In this document: positions 27,639-39,566 of the stretch, piece by piece
Numbering within the stretch: the first letter of the stretch is position 1
Layout: each line of letters begins with the position of its first letter
Assembly: GCA_902788975.1 (NCBI GenBank)
Contig: CADAMI010000012.1
Span: 5,148-69,147, forward strand
Direction of reading: 5' to 3'
Source of the DNA: an uncultured Erysipelotrichaceae bacterium
GTDB lineage: Bacteria > Bacillota_I > Bacilli_A > RF39 > UBA660
Length of the DNA: 64,000 nt
Notes under the pieces: generated by a model
Database searches by the model: none
Told to the model about the DNA's origin: nothing
What the model saw: the letters and a program-made list of their open reading frames with translations, nothing else
Position numbers and translations under genes: made by a program

Positions 27639-29534
27639 ATGTTAAGTGATATTTCTTTACAGTTAGTTAGCATTTTATATGTTGTAGTTTTAGCTACTGT
27701 CTATTTTGTTAAAAGAAGGTATAATTTTTTAGAGAGTAAAATATATAAAGTTTTATTAGGAGTTACATTTTTTAATCTGTTACTTAATATAGTAAATATA
27801 TTTATTGATAATACTAATATTTTATTTGTTATATCTATTTTGTATTGTTTAGGATTATTCTTTTGGTTAATACTATTTATTTCTTATTTGTTATTAAGTA
27901 TGAGTAATAAAAAATATGAAAATTTTAAATTATTAATTAGAGATCATCCTGTTATTTATTCAATTATAATTGCTATTATTATAATATTTCTAGTTTTAGT
28001 ATTATCTCAAAATTTATTTGGCTTAAAATTTGTAAATTATTATAATAAGGATATAAATATAATATATGCTTTTGGTATAATTAGTTCATTAATTATTATG
28101 TTTGTTTTACTTATTAATAATAAGAAAATTGCTAATTATAAAAATTGGTCTATATTGGTATCTACAATTTTATTAGTTTTGATGTTATTTATTCAGATTT
28201 TTTATCCTGATATATCAATAATTGGTAGTGGTTTATCTTTAATTACTTTATTTCAGTATTTTACAATGGAGAATCCAGATTTAAAATATATTGATGAATT
28301 AAATGCTTTGAAAATAAAAGCTGAACAGGCTAATGCGGCAAAGACTAATTTTTTAGCTAGCATGAGTCACGAAATAAGAACACCAATGAATGCAATTATT
28401 GGTTTGTCTGAATCAATGTTAAATAGTAATATACCTGATGAATTTAAGGAAGACGTTAAAAATATTAACGAAGCTGGAAGCATTTTACTTGAGATAGTAA
28501 ATAATATTTTGGATATAACAAAGGTAGAAGAAGGAAAGACAACATTAAATAATAAGCCATATAGTTTAGCTGATACGATTGCAAAACTATCTCATATGGT
28601 CGAAATTTCACTTATTGATAAACCAATTAAATTTAATGTTCAAGTTGTTGGTAATATACCAAATACATTAATGGGTGATGAAGTAAAAATATATCAAATT
28701 TTAATGAATATTCTTTCTAATGCCGTTAAATATACGAAAAAAGGAAGTATTACATTTGTTATTGAATCAGTTTTATTTGGAAATAAGGATACTTTAACAT
28801 TTAAAGTTATTGATACTGGTATTGGAATTAAAAAAGCTGATAATGCTAAATTGTTTCAAAAATTTGAAAGATTGGATCAAGAACAGTCTGATATTCAAGG
28901 TACAGGTTTAGGTCTTACAATTACTAAAAAGTTACTTGATTTAATGGGTGGTAAAATTAGTTTTGAGAGTGTTTATCAACAAGGAACTACTTTTACTATT
29001 GTTGTTGAACAGGAAATTGTTGATAAATCTTCGGTTAATTTTGAAACATACAAAGCAAAGAAGATGACTGTCGATAGTTATTTTGATGGTAGTAAATATA
29101 ATATTTTATTAGTGGATGATAATTTACTTAATTTAAAAGTAGCAGAAAAGATGTTAAAACAATATAATTTAAATGTTACGAGTGTTAAGAGTGGTCTTGA
29201 ATGTTTAAATAAAACTAAGAATAATAAGTATGATTTAATATTTATGGATCATATGATGCCAGAAATGGATGGTATTCATACATTATATAATTTAAAAAAT
29301 AGAGCGTCTGGCTTTGATACACCTGTTGTTGTATTAACAGCTAATGCAATTGACGGTTCAATGGAAATGTATCTAAGAGAAGGCTTTTGTGATTATTTAT
29401 CAAAGCCAATAGATCAAGTAGAACTAGATAGAATATTACGAGAACAATTAAAAATAGATAGTAATGGTTCTAGTTCTAATAATGTTAATACTCCAAATAG
29501 CATAAATAATGATGTAATAAATAATCCAATGTAA
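27639..29534 (+). CDS. Hybrid sensor histidine kinase (multi-TM sensor, HisKA, HATPase_c, C-terminal REC)
   Basis: H box MSHEIRTPMNAIIGL, N box NILSNAVKYT, G boxes IDTGIGI / GTGLGLTI, C-terminal REC ILLVDDNLLN...DLIFMDHMMPEMDG. Six or more N-terminal TM helices. Confidence 0.85.
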   Translation: MLSDISLQLVSILYVVVLATVYFVKRRYNFLESKIYKVLLGVTFFNLLLNIVNIFIDNTNILFVISILYCLGLFFWLILFISYLLLSMSNKKYENFKLLIRDHPVIYSIIIAIIIIFLVLVLSQNLFGLKFVNYYNKDINIIYAFGIISSLIIMFVLLINNKKIANYKNWSILVSTILLVLMLFIQIFYPDISIIGSGLSLITLFQYFTMENPDLKYIDELNALKIKAEQANAAKTNFLASMSHEIRTPMNAIIGLSESMLNSNIPDEFKEDVKNINEAGSILLEIVNNILDITKVEEGKTTLNNKPYSLADTIAKLSHMVEISLIDKPIKFNVQVVGNIPNTLMGDEVKIYQILMNILSNAVKYTKKGSITFVIESVLFGNKDTLTFKVIDTGIGIKKADNAKLFQKFERLDQEQSDIQGTGLGLTITKKLLDLMGGKISFESVYQQGTTFTIVVEQEIVDKSSVNFETYKAKKMTVDSYFDGSKYNILLVDDNLLNLKVAEKMLKQYNLNVTSVKSGLECLNKTKNNKYDLIFMDHMMPEMDGIHTLYNLKNRASGFDTPVVVLTANAIDGSMEMYLREGFCDYLSKPIDQVELDRILREQLKIDSNGSSSNNVNTPNSINNDVINNPM

Positions 29535-29560
29535 AAACAGCACTTTTAAGTGCTGTTTTA
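29534..29560. terminator. Bidirectional terminator between the kinase gene and bofA
   Basis: aaaacagcact-ttta-agtgctgtttt palindrome with flanking T/A runs. Confidence 0.55.
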
Positions 29561-29564
29561 CTAT

Positions 29565-29825
29565 TTAAATTATACCAATTAAACTTAGTAGTATTAAAAT
29601 AATTACACCTGGAACTCCTAAAATTCCAACGACAAGTGCAGTAATAAAGTTTATTGGGATAGATATTCCAAGTGAACCACCAAATTTATTGATAAGCCAT
29701 AAAACTACTAATCCAATTACAATATTAATGATTAATTCAATTAATCTTTTAGCATTGACATGAAATACAAATTTTGCTAGTAACAAAACAATTATGGCTA
29801 TTAAGATAATTGTTAAGTAATTCAT
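29565..29825 (-). CDS. bofA: Sigma-K processing regulator BofA (sporulation)
   Basis: 86 aa, two TM. FGGSLGISIPINFITALVVGILGVPGVIILILL matches the B. subtilis BofA core FGGSLGIHVPINLVTTAISGILGIPGIAALVV. Confidence 0.7.
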   Translation of the reverse strand: MNYLTIILIAIIVLLLAKFVFHVNAKRLIELIINIVIGLVVLWLINKFGGSLGISIPINFITALVVGILGVPGVIILILLSLIGII

Positions 29826-29887
29826 CTTACTCCTCCTTAAGATAATTAAATCATGAATTTAATAAAAATTCAATATATTATATGTCA

Positions 29888-30532
29888 TTACCTAATTTTA
29901 TTTTTGTGATTTTTATAATTTGTTTCAATAAAATTTTCAATATCTTTTAATACTTCTTGTTCAGTTTTGCTTGGTGTTGTAGTAAAACCAGTTATTTCAT
30001 ATTGTTCTGGTATATCAATGCTGCTAATATTTTCTTTAATGTTTAATATTTTACTATTAAGTTCATTAAATGAAAATGAATCATCATTGATATAACACTC
30101 TATATTATTCTTTTTAGCATAATCTGTATTTTGTAATTTTTTAACAAATTCACAAAGTGTTTTATATTGAAAATCATTTATTTTGGGTGGCATTATAATG
30201 CAAAGAATATTTTTAATAGTAATTATAAAAATATTAAATTCGCTATTATCGAAGTATATTTGTTGATCTCCAAATAAAATGCATGGTTTATATTTTGGAT
30301 ATATTCTACTTAATATTAAATCTGTTATTCCAGCGTGTCCGCCAGGTACGCAATAATAATCAAAATCAACGCTTACTTTTTGAGTTGGAGTTATTACTGA
30401 CATAGATGTATGTCTTTCGTTATGTTCTTTTGTATATACTTTGTTTATATCAAAAGTATAATTATCATATATAATATGTTTGGTTATTTCATTATCATTT
30501 GATATAACATAGTTAAAATAACTACTTTTCAT
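29888..30532 (-). CDS. Hypothetical protein (214 aa)
   Basis: Long ORF with coding-like composition. No motif recognised. Confidence 0.4.
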   Translation of the reverse strand: MKSSYFNYVISNDNEITKHIIYDNYTFDINKVYTKEHNERHTSMSVITPTQKVSVDFDYYCVPGGHAGITDLILSRIYPKYKPCILFGDQQIYFDNSEFNIFIITIKNILCIIMPPKINDFQYKTLCEFVKKLQNTDYAKKNNIECYINDDSFSFNELNSKILNIKENISSIDIPEQYEITGFTTTPSKTEQEVLKDIENFIETNYKNHKNKIR

Positions 30533-30541
30533 AACAATCTA

Positions 30542-31804
30542 CTATTTAATTTTCCTAGCTTCTAGATAGAATCTTTTATCATGACTATGTCCCATTGAGA
30601 ATGTTTTCCTTGGAAGTGCCCCATCTAATATTACAGTTTTAAATAAATCTTCCTTGGCCATTGGATCAAAGATAATACCAATATTGTTTTCTTTTGAACC
30701 TAATTCTTTGGTAACATCTTCGCCATGAATATAGTCTATTTTTCCATTATGATTATTTAGATATTCATCTAAAAACATTTGAATAGAACCAACGACAATA
30801 TTTGATTTAGGGTTGCTAATATATAATGTTTTATCAAAATCTTTGGTAATTAATTCAAATTTTTGCCCGTTACCATCTTCGTTTATTTCATAATATTTAT
30901 ATAAATTATCAATTAAATCTTTAACATCAACATCGAATAATACACGATGAATTGCTTCAAATTCTAGAGCTTCACTATGTAAATTAACAAGTTCAACTAA
31001 GGCATATCTTGCTGGATGATTTAAATATTCTTGTTCACTCATAGTTTCTTTTAGCTTTTCATAACATGCTTTAGCTGTAGCTAGGGAATGATTACCATCG
31101 CCCATGGCAAATAATAATACTCCCTTATTTGTTACATCGTATTTCTTTTCAAAGTTTTCTTTATCGGCAAGTTTTTCTAGTTTCCCGATGACTTCATCAA
31201 TAATATTGTTATTTAAATTATATCCTTTGATGTGTCCGCCTTTTTGCATTAAATCAAAGTCGTAAACAACATCATTATTATTTACTTTATTTTTAATACT
31301 CTCAATAATGTCTTTCTTTTCATCATCTATAAGAATCATAATGTGTGGTAATTCTAGTAAGGCGTTTTCTCTTACTTTCATTCTTGGTGGAATTCTTTCA
31401 ATGACAGTTTTTTCAGTTGCTCTAATTAGTGTTTGAGAACCCATTTCATATGAATAATCTTCTAGGTCTACGATACCAATTAATCCTTCTCTTACTTTTC
31501 CATCATTTTGAGTTCTTTCAATATAAAACATAGAATCTTTGTATTCATCAAATATATTATTATTTAACATTTCTTCCATGTTTTTATTAATTTTTTTAAT
31601 TCTTTCTTCAACGTCTTTTTCTTCCAAATATATTTCTGGTAAAGTTAGATTTAATGTTGATGGATTATTTCCAACAATATTATTTACTTCTTCCCAGTAG
31701 TCTGGCTCTGAAGTGTACTGATCACATGCAACAACACTCCATTTGTGCATATCAATATTTTTTTTAGGAATCAATATGTTTCCTCTATTAAAAGGTATTT
31801 TCAT
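30542..31804 (-). CDS. DUF1015-family protein (tentative)
   Basis: 420 aa. N-terminus MKIPFNRGNILIP...VVACDQYTSEP resembles the remembered DUF1015 start (KPFKALRYN...VVAPPYDVIS). Confidence 0.4.
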   Translation of the reverse strand: MKIPFNRGNILIPKKNIDMHKWSVVACDQYTSEPDYWEEVNNIVGNNPSTLNLTLPEIYLEEKDVEERIKKINKNMEEMLNNNIFDEYKDSMFYIERTQNDGKVREGLIGIVDLEDYSYEMGSQTLIRATEKTVIERIPPRMKVRENALLELPHIMILIDDEKKDIIESIKNKVNNNDVVYDFDLMQKGGHIKGYNLNNNIIDEVIGKLEKLADKENFEKKYDVTNKGVLLFAMGDGNHSLATAKACYEKLKETMSEQEYLNHPARYALVELVNLHSEALEFEAIHRVLFDVDVKDLIDNLYKYYEINEDGNGQKFELITKDFDKTLYISNPKSNIVVGSIQMFLDEYLNNHNGKIDYIHGEDVTKELGSKENNIGIIFDPMAKEDLFKTVILDGALPRKTFSMGHSHDKRFYLEARKIK

Positions 31805-32164
31805 TTTTTCATCTCCAAAATAATTATAACACTTATGTCGTTTATTATAAAGTAATATTTAACTTTAAATAAAAAAAAGACTATAAATAATAGTCTATAA
31901 TGCTAAAAAATGGCACGCAGTTATTACTCGTTTGAGAAAAAAATCGTGTAAATGAAATTTGAGACTAAGCTCAATTACATATTAAATATATCACATTATA
32001 GGGTAATAGTAAATACTGGAATCTGATAAAATGATAAAGTTGATAAAATGATGAGTGGGACATTGATTTTTATGAGCTCTATTTGATAATAATTTAAGTC
32101 CATACCTAATCCCACTAGTTTTAATTGAAATATAAAGAAAAATTACAATTATAATCCCACAACA

Positions 32165-32190
32165 GTGGGACAATTTTGCATGTGCAAAAT
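32165..32190. repeat. Site A: GGGACAA + perfect 18-bp palindrome ATTTTGCA-TG-TGCAAAAT
   Basis: Read directly: gtgggacaattttgcatgtgcaaaat. Lies in the 590-nt intergenic region upstream of the ligase gene. Confidence 0.55.
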
Positions 32191-32397
32191 AAGTTTGATA
32201 TCACACTCTTCCTTATGAAATAAGTAAATATTAAGTGTATAGATATCATTCTCTTATGCTCTTGTAAAATTATTCAATAAATTTAATAATTTGTGGGATT
32301 TAAATAATTTAAGTATAGTACTGAAAAAAAGCTGATTTTATGCTATAATAGAATTTGTAAATACTTTTGATATTAATGCAAAGAGCGGGGGATTAAA

Positions 32398-34119
32398 ATG
32401 GATAGTATTAATAAAAGTAAGTATGATTACTTGCTAGATCAAAACAAAAATTATATGGATTTAACAGCACTTTCTTTTGGTGAAAGAAAAATAACTTATG
32501 AAGAAATGCATGATAGAATTGAGAAATATGTAAGATTATTATATGCAAAAGGAGTTAGGCAAGGTGATATAATTGGTATTTGCGCTTTAAATACTCCAGA
32601 GTCTGTATATCTTATTTATGCTTTGGATATAATAGGTGCAATAACTGTTGGATATAACTTTTTTGATAACAAAGAGAAAATTAAAAAAGATATAGAATTA
32701 ACAAAGCCAAAAATGGTTATAACTGTTGATATGTTTTATAGTAATTTTAAAAAGTGGGAAAAGGCACTAAATTTCTCCACAATTTTGTATTCACCAGTTG
32801 AAATGATTGATGATAAAAAATTAAAAATTGGTTACAGGTTATTGCAATTAAAAAATGGTAATTTTAAGTTATCAAGAAATAGTTATTTGAAAAAATTGTT
32901 AGAAAAAGATTATTCGGATGTAGAATATATTAAAGCTCCATTTGTTCAAGATGGTCTAACTGATATACTATTTACAGGTGGATCAACAGGATTTCATAAA
33001 GGAGTTGAATTAACAGATAATGGTTTAAATGCTGTTGTTGATGGAATGACTGAACAGTTCCCAGAAAAACCTGGATTTGTTCATTTAGGAAATATTCCTT
33101 TCGGTTCTATGGCATATGGAAGATCAATTTTGCATTATGCATTATGCAATAATATGGAGTTTGCATTAACATTAAAAGCAATGCCAAGTGATTTCTATGA
33201 AGAACTTGTTAGAACTCATGCTGAAGGTGCTGTAGGAGGCCCACCACACTGGGTATCATTAATCGAAAAAGATGGGGAAGGATTTATACCAAATAAAAAT
33301 ATTAAACCAGGTTCTTTATCAAGTTTACGATATGCAACATCTGGTGGTGAAGCAAGAAAAGAATCAACAATAAATGCTATTAATGAAGCTTTAAGATATG
33401 GTGGCAGTGATGCAAGACTAGGTGATGGTTTAGGTGCAACAGAAACTTGGGCATGTATGATAATAAACAATGCAAGAAACACACATAGAGATACATTAGG
33501 TTATCCTATTAAAAGACTAGATGTTAAGCTAATTGATTCCACTACAGGATTAGAAGTTGAAAAAGGAAAAAAAGGATTATTATATGTTTCGGGTCCAACG
33601 ATAATGCGTAGATATTATAATAATCCTGGTGAAACTGATAAAGTTATTGTATATGACCAAAATGGTAAGAAATGGCTAAATACAGGAGATATAGTTCAAC
33701 AAACTGAAAAAGGTGATTATATTTATGTTGGACGACAAAAAAGAAACTTTGTTTCAGGATGTGATAATATCTATCCAGAAGAACTTGAAAGTTTATTGGT
33801 AACAATACCAGAAATAAGAGAATTAGTGGTGACTCCAATATCAGATGAAATGGTTCAATATATTCCGAGATATCATATATCATTATATAGTATGGATATA
33901 GATTTTAAAAATTTGGAAGAAAAGATTAATTCATTAGTTATGAAACATTTAAATGAGAATTGGTTGCCTGGATCAATTGTGTATTATGATAAACCACTTG
34001 AAAGAATGCAAAATTCAAAAGTAAATATATCGTATTATAGAGAGCAAGATGAGAAAGCACTTGCTAATGGCAAAATAGATCATACTAGTGCAAAAACATT
34101 AAGATTAACGAAAATATAA
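32398..34119 (+). CDS. AMP-dependent synthetase/ligase (acyl-CoA / acyl-AMP ligase family)
   Basis: AMP-binding motif FTGGSTGFHKGV. The YGxTE-like GATETW and later GD.V...GR motifs are consistent with the adenylate-forming fold. Confidence 0.75.
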   Translation: MDSINKSKYDYLLDQNKNYMDLTALSFGERKITYEEMHDRIEKYVRLLYAKGVRQGDIIGICALNTPESVYLIYALDIIGAITVGYNFFDNKEKIKKDIELTKPKMVITVDMFYSNFKKWEKALNFSTILYSPVEMIDDKKLKIGYRLLQLKNGNFKLSRNSYLKKLLEKDYSDVEYIKAPFVQDGLTDILFTGGSTGFHKGVELTDNGLNAVVDGMTEQFPEKPGFVHLGNIPFGSMAYGRSILHYALCNNMEFALTLKAMPSDFYEELVRTHAEGAVGGPPHWVSLIEKDGEGFIPNKNIKPGSLSSLRYATSGGEARKESTINAINEALRYGGSDARLGDGLGATETWACMIINNARNTHRDTLGYPIKRLDVKLIDSTTGLEVEKGKKGLLYVSGPTIMRRYYNNPGETDKVIVYDQNGKKWLNTGDIVQQTEKGDYIYVGRQKRNFVSGCDNIYPEELESLLVTIPEIRELVVTPISDEMVQYIPRYHISLYSMDIDFKNLEEKINSLVMKHLNENWLPGSIVYYDKPLERMQNSKVNISYYREQDEKALANGKIDHTSAKTLRLTKI

Positions 34120-34150
34120 GAAGCAATTCTTATATTTTTATTTACGGAAA

Positions 34151-35984
34151 ATGTCAGAATATGATATAATTATCTCGATACTAGGAGATGATAATATGAT
34201 GGGAGTTGGAGCACATTTTTCAATTTGTTCGTTTATTTTCTTGGCAATATTGTCATATATTTATTTTTTAAAGCCAAAAATTAATAATGCTGAAACAAAT
34301 ATATATGGTAAATTATTAATTTTGACATTAATAGGATTATTCTTAGAGGTGGCAACATGTATATGGTATGTATGTGGAGTAAGTTTAGATAATATAGTAT
34401 ATCAATATGCTTCAAAGTTAACGTCAGCATATTATATGGTATGGACAAGTTTATTTGCAAAGTATGTTTTAAATATATGTAATGTTAAAAAAGAAATTAT
34501 TAAAATAGCAAATATCATATATATTATTTGTTTTGTAGTAATTATATTTTTACCAATATCATATATTATAAACGATAATTCAATAGTGCCTACAGGTCCA
34601 TCAATTTTCCTTACATATTTTGCATGTATTGTAAATACTGTGATGGACATAATATTATGTATAAAAAATAGAGATAAAATATCTGGAAAGAAACTAACAC
34701 CAGTTTATTCATTATTACTAATTGGAACGATATGTATAGTTGTGACAGATTTATTTCCTGAAACATTTCTTATTGGTTTTCAATTTGTATTAATAATTTT
34801 TATAATGTATTTTACAATTGAAAATCCTGATATTAAAATGGCAAAAGAATTAGAATATCAAAAACAATTATCTGATGCTTCTTCCAAAAAAACTTTAGAA
34901 TTACTTGAAGATCTTTCGAATGATTTGAAATCATCTGTAAGAAAACTAGAACAATTTGGAAATAAGAAAATAGATAAAAATAATATTGATGAATTGAATA
35001 AAGAATTAACTGAATTTATCTGGTATTATTGATCTTGCTATTGTTAAAGGGGATTCAAAAGTTAGTGAATATAAATATGAAGTTAAAGATATGTTAGATA
35101 AATTACAACAATTAATAATGGTTGAAAATGAGAATGATAATAGAAAGTTAAACATAGAATTAAGTAATAATATTCCAAATGTTGTATATGGTGATGAAAG
35201 CAATGTAATCAAGATAGTTTTATATTATTATAATTTAATTTCATCATTAACCAATAGCAAAGAAATGACAATGAAAATTGAATGTATTCAAGTTGGTAGA
35301 TTTGCAAGACTAAAGTTTAACTATTTAGTTAATGAATCTTTAATCAAAGATTACATTTATAAAGAAAAGGATACAAACGAATTACAATTAGTTAAGAGTG
35401 ATGATGTAAATTATCAAATAATAGTAAATTTGTTGAAAAAGTTTAATGGGAAAATGATAGTATCAAATCAAAATGATGTTGTTTCAATATCGTTATGCAT
35501 TAATCAAAGATTATTAACTGAATATGAAATAATAAGTAATAAAGAAGAAAATAAGAATATTAAAGTTACATATAACGATTACTCTGGTAAAAGAATTTTG
35601 ATAGTTGATAACAACAACTTGAATATTAAAGAAATGAAAGTATTATTGAATCCTTACAATGTTGAAGTGTTGTCAGTAAATACTCCTAATGAAATGTCAG
35701 AAGTTCTTAGTGAAAATGAAACCTTTGATTTGATTTTTGTCGATGACATTATTCCTAACTTTAAATTAGATGATTTTACTAATGAAATAGTTAGAACAAA
35801 AGACGATTTCTTAAGGCATATTAAAGATAATGCAAAGTATCCAATACTATCAATTATTATGGTAAATCCTAATAATGAAAACATGGAACAAAAATATTTG
35901 AATTATGGATTTAGTGATTATATAGTAAAACCAATAAATAAAGCAAATTTAGATAAAATATTAAATAAATATTTTAAGAAATAG
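34151..35984 (+). pseudogene. Frameshifted, His-less paralog of the hybrid histidine kinase at 27639
   Basis: Two ORFs (34151..35032 and 35091..35984) align colinearly with the kinase (IENPDIKMAKELE vs MENPDLKYIDELN; NIELSNNIPNVVYGDESNVIKIVLYYYNLIS vs NVQVVGNIPNTLMGDEVKIYQILMNILSNAV). The second frame stays open upstream, and IIDLAIVKGDSK continues the alignment, implying a single 1-nt frame break near 35020. The H box SHEIRTP is replaced by LEDLSNDL. G boxes are absent. The REC-like C-terminus retains DLIFVDD. Confidence 0.5.
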
Positions 35985-36132
35985 AAGTCAAGAAAAATCT
36001 TGGCTTTTTATTTGGATGATTATGGATGATTTTCGACCATAATTTCTATTTTTTTGCATAACAAAAAAGCAAGAGCATAAGAGATTGTCCCTTTAAACTA
36101 TTTAAACCCAGATAAATACTAGGTTATTCATA

Positions 36133-36161
36133 GGGACAAACTCATTTTGCACTTGCAAAAT
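36133..36161. repeat. Site B: GGGACAA + perfect 18-bp palindrome ATTTTGCA-CT-TGCAAAAT
   Basis: Read directly: tagggacaaactcattttgcacttgcaaaat. Same orientation as site A. Lies between the convergent 3' ends of the pseudo-kinase and the recombinase. Confidence 0.55.
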
Positions 36162-36240
36162 CAAACCAAAAACTTGGTTGTAAAAAATATTAAATCCTTA
36201 TTCTATAAGGTATTTTTTATGGTCGAAATTATGGTTAATT

Positions 36241-38130
<1,890 letters not shown>

Positions 38131-38247
38131 AATAATTTAATATTATAAATATATCCTTTGCTTTTTATCATCGGTGTACCTCCATTTCTAGAGAATACCT
38201 CTTTCATTGGTTATTTATAATATCACTTTATTTAGTTTTGTCAATAG

Positions 38248-38529
38248 TTAGCAACTTTTAGCTAGTTTAAAGTAGTTTTCAAGTTCAGATAAATTGTGTT
38301 TTTCATGCAAGTTATTAATATAAAAATCATCGATACCATTGAAGAATAAGAAAGTATAATTATTGATTATTACCTTATGAGGATCTACATAAGCAAGATT
38401 ACTAGGTTCTAACTTAATTAAATGACCTTTCTCAAGTGTTATAGGAGTGGAAGTATATTTACTTGCCCAATTTATTTTCTTCTTTAAATCAGGACTTAAA
38501 TCAAGTTTTTCTTTAATAATATTTAACAT
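38248..38529 (-). CDS. Hypothetical small protein (93 aa)
   Basis: RBS aaaggtg precedes the ATG. No motif recognised. Confidence 0.4.
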   Translation of the reverse strand: MLNIIKEKLDLSPDLKKKINWASKYTSTPITLEKGHLIKLEPSNLAYVDPHKVIINNYTFLFFNGIDDFYINNLHEKHNLSELENYFKLAKSC

Positions 38530-38583
38530 ATCATCACACCTTTCTTACAACAAAAAAACGAATGGTTCGACGATTATTTCAAA

Positions 38584-38656
38584 TGGCAGGGGATGAGAGA
38601 ATCGAACTCCCAACAGTGGTTTTGGAGACCATTATTATACCATTTAACTAATCCCC
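38584..38656 (-). tRNA. trnW: tRNA-Trp (anticodon CCA)
   Basis: Reverse complement GGGGATTAGTTAAATGGTATAATAATGGTCTCCAAAACCACTGTTGGGAGTTCGATTCTCTCATCCCCTGCCA. 7-bp acceptor stem, T-loop GTTCGATTC, anticodon loop CTCCAAA (U33, CCA, A37), 3' CCA encoded. Confidence 0.75.
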
Positions 38657-38772
38657 TAGGTCGTTTTCTTTATATAATTTATCATAAAAAATGTTATTTA
38701 TCAAGATTTTATGTTAAATTTATATAATATTTTATGTTTAGGTAAATAAAAAATTTCTTGATAATCAAGAAA

Positions 38773-39561
38773 TTAAATATTTATGGTTTCTTTTTTATTT
38801 CTAGGATGTTTTAGTAAGAAGTCAGTAATTATTTTTTTTACTTCTTCTTTTCTTTTTTGAGTAAAACAATCATGAGTTACATTTTTAATGTTTACTAAGA
38901 TGTTTGTTTTTGATTTAACTGATTCATATACATAATTTGTTCCTTCTTCAGGAACTACTTTATCCTCTAATCCATGAATTGTTAAAATAGGGCAAGTTAT
39001 ATTTTCAACATCATTCTGGTATTTATTAACTAATTTAGTAAATTCCATCATTGTTGTAATTGGTGTTTTTTGAATACGTTCAATTACTTTTTCTTTTCCT
39101 TCTTCTTTTAATAATTCAGGCATGCTTTTTAAGGTTTCATTAATACCTTTAATATTTACTTTGCCATCTTTAAAATAGAAATATCTAAATGCTGGAGCTG
39201 CAAGGACTAGTTTTTTTACTTGTGGATAAATGCTGGCTAAATGAGCAGCAATTACACCGCCCATACTATGACCGATTAGGTATATTTCTTTATAATTATG
39301 ATTAATTAGAAATTCAATTTGATTTTTGGCTTCTTTTATCCATTCTTCATATTTTACATCTTTGACAACATTTTTTTCATGTCCAGGTAGAGTAAATGTA
39401 TAAACGTCAAATTTTCTATTTACTTGTAGTTCATTTTGAAGATTACCATAGTCATATATTCCACCAACAAATCCATGAATTAATAAAATTGCTTTCTTTC
39501 TAAAAATCATATTATCACCAATAAAATTATAGCATTTCTTTTTAGAGATGTAAATTAACAT
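38773..39561 (-). CDS. Alpha/beta hydrolase (esterase/lysophospholipase-like)
   Basis: GHSMGG nucleophile elbow, HG oxyanion motif (LIHGFVGG), C-terminal catalytic His region. 262 aa. Confidence 0.7.
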   Translation of the reverse strand: MLIYISKKKCYNFIGDNMIFRKKAILLIHGFVGGIYDYGNLQNELQVNRKFDVYTFTLPGHEKNVVKDVKYEEWIKEAKNQIEFLINHNYKEIYLIGHSMGGVIAAHLASIYPQVKKLVLAAPAFRYFYFKDGKVNIKGINETLKSMPELLKEEGKEKVIERIQKTPITTMMEFTKLVNKYQNDVENITCPILTIHGLEDKVVPEEGTNYVYESVKSKTNILVNIKNVTHDCFTQKRKEEVKKIITDFLLKHPRNKKETINI

Positions 39562-39566
39562 TTAGC

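Noticed and set aside
32100-32120. Sequence ctaatcccactag near site A resembles the tRNA-Trp 5' end (ctaatcccctagg at 38649-38661), which could suggest a tRNA-derived att duplication
   Set aside because: Only about 13-20 nt of imperfect similarity. It lies on the wrong side of the tRNA for a 3'-end integration. Serine recombinases do not generate long target duplications.
31991-32173. 60-aa minus-strand ORF in the long intergenic region upstream of the ligase gene
   Set aside because: No RBS, and it overlaps the repeat-bearing site A region. More likely non-coding.
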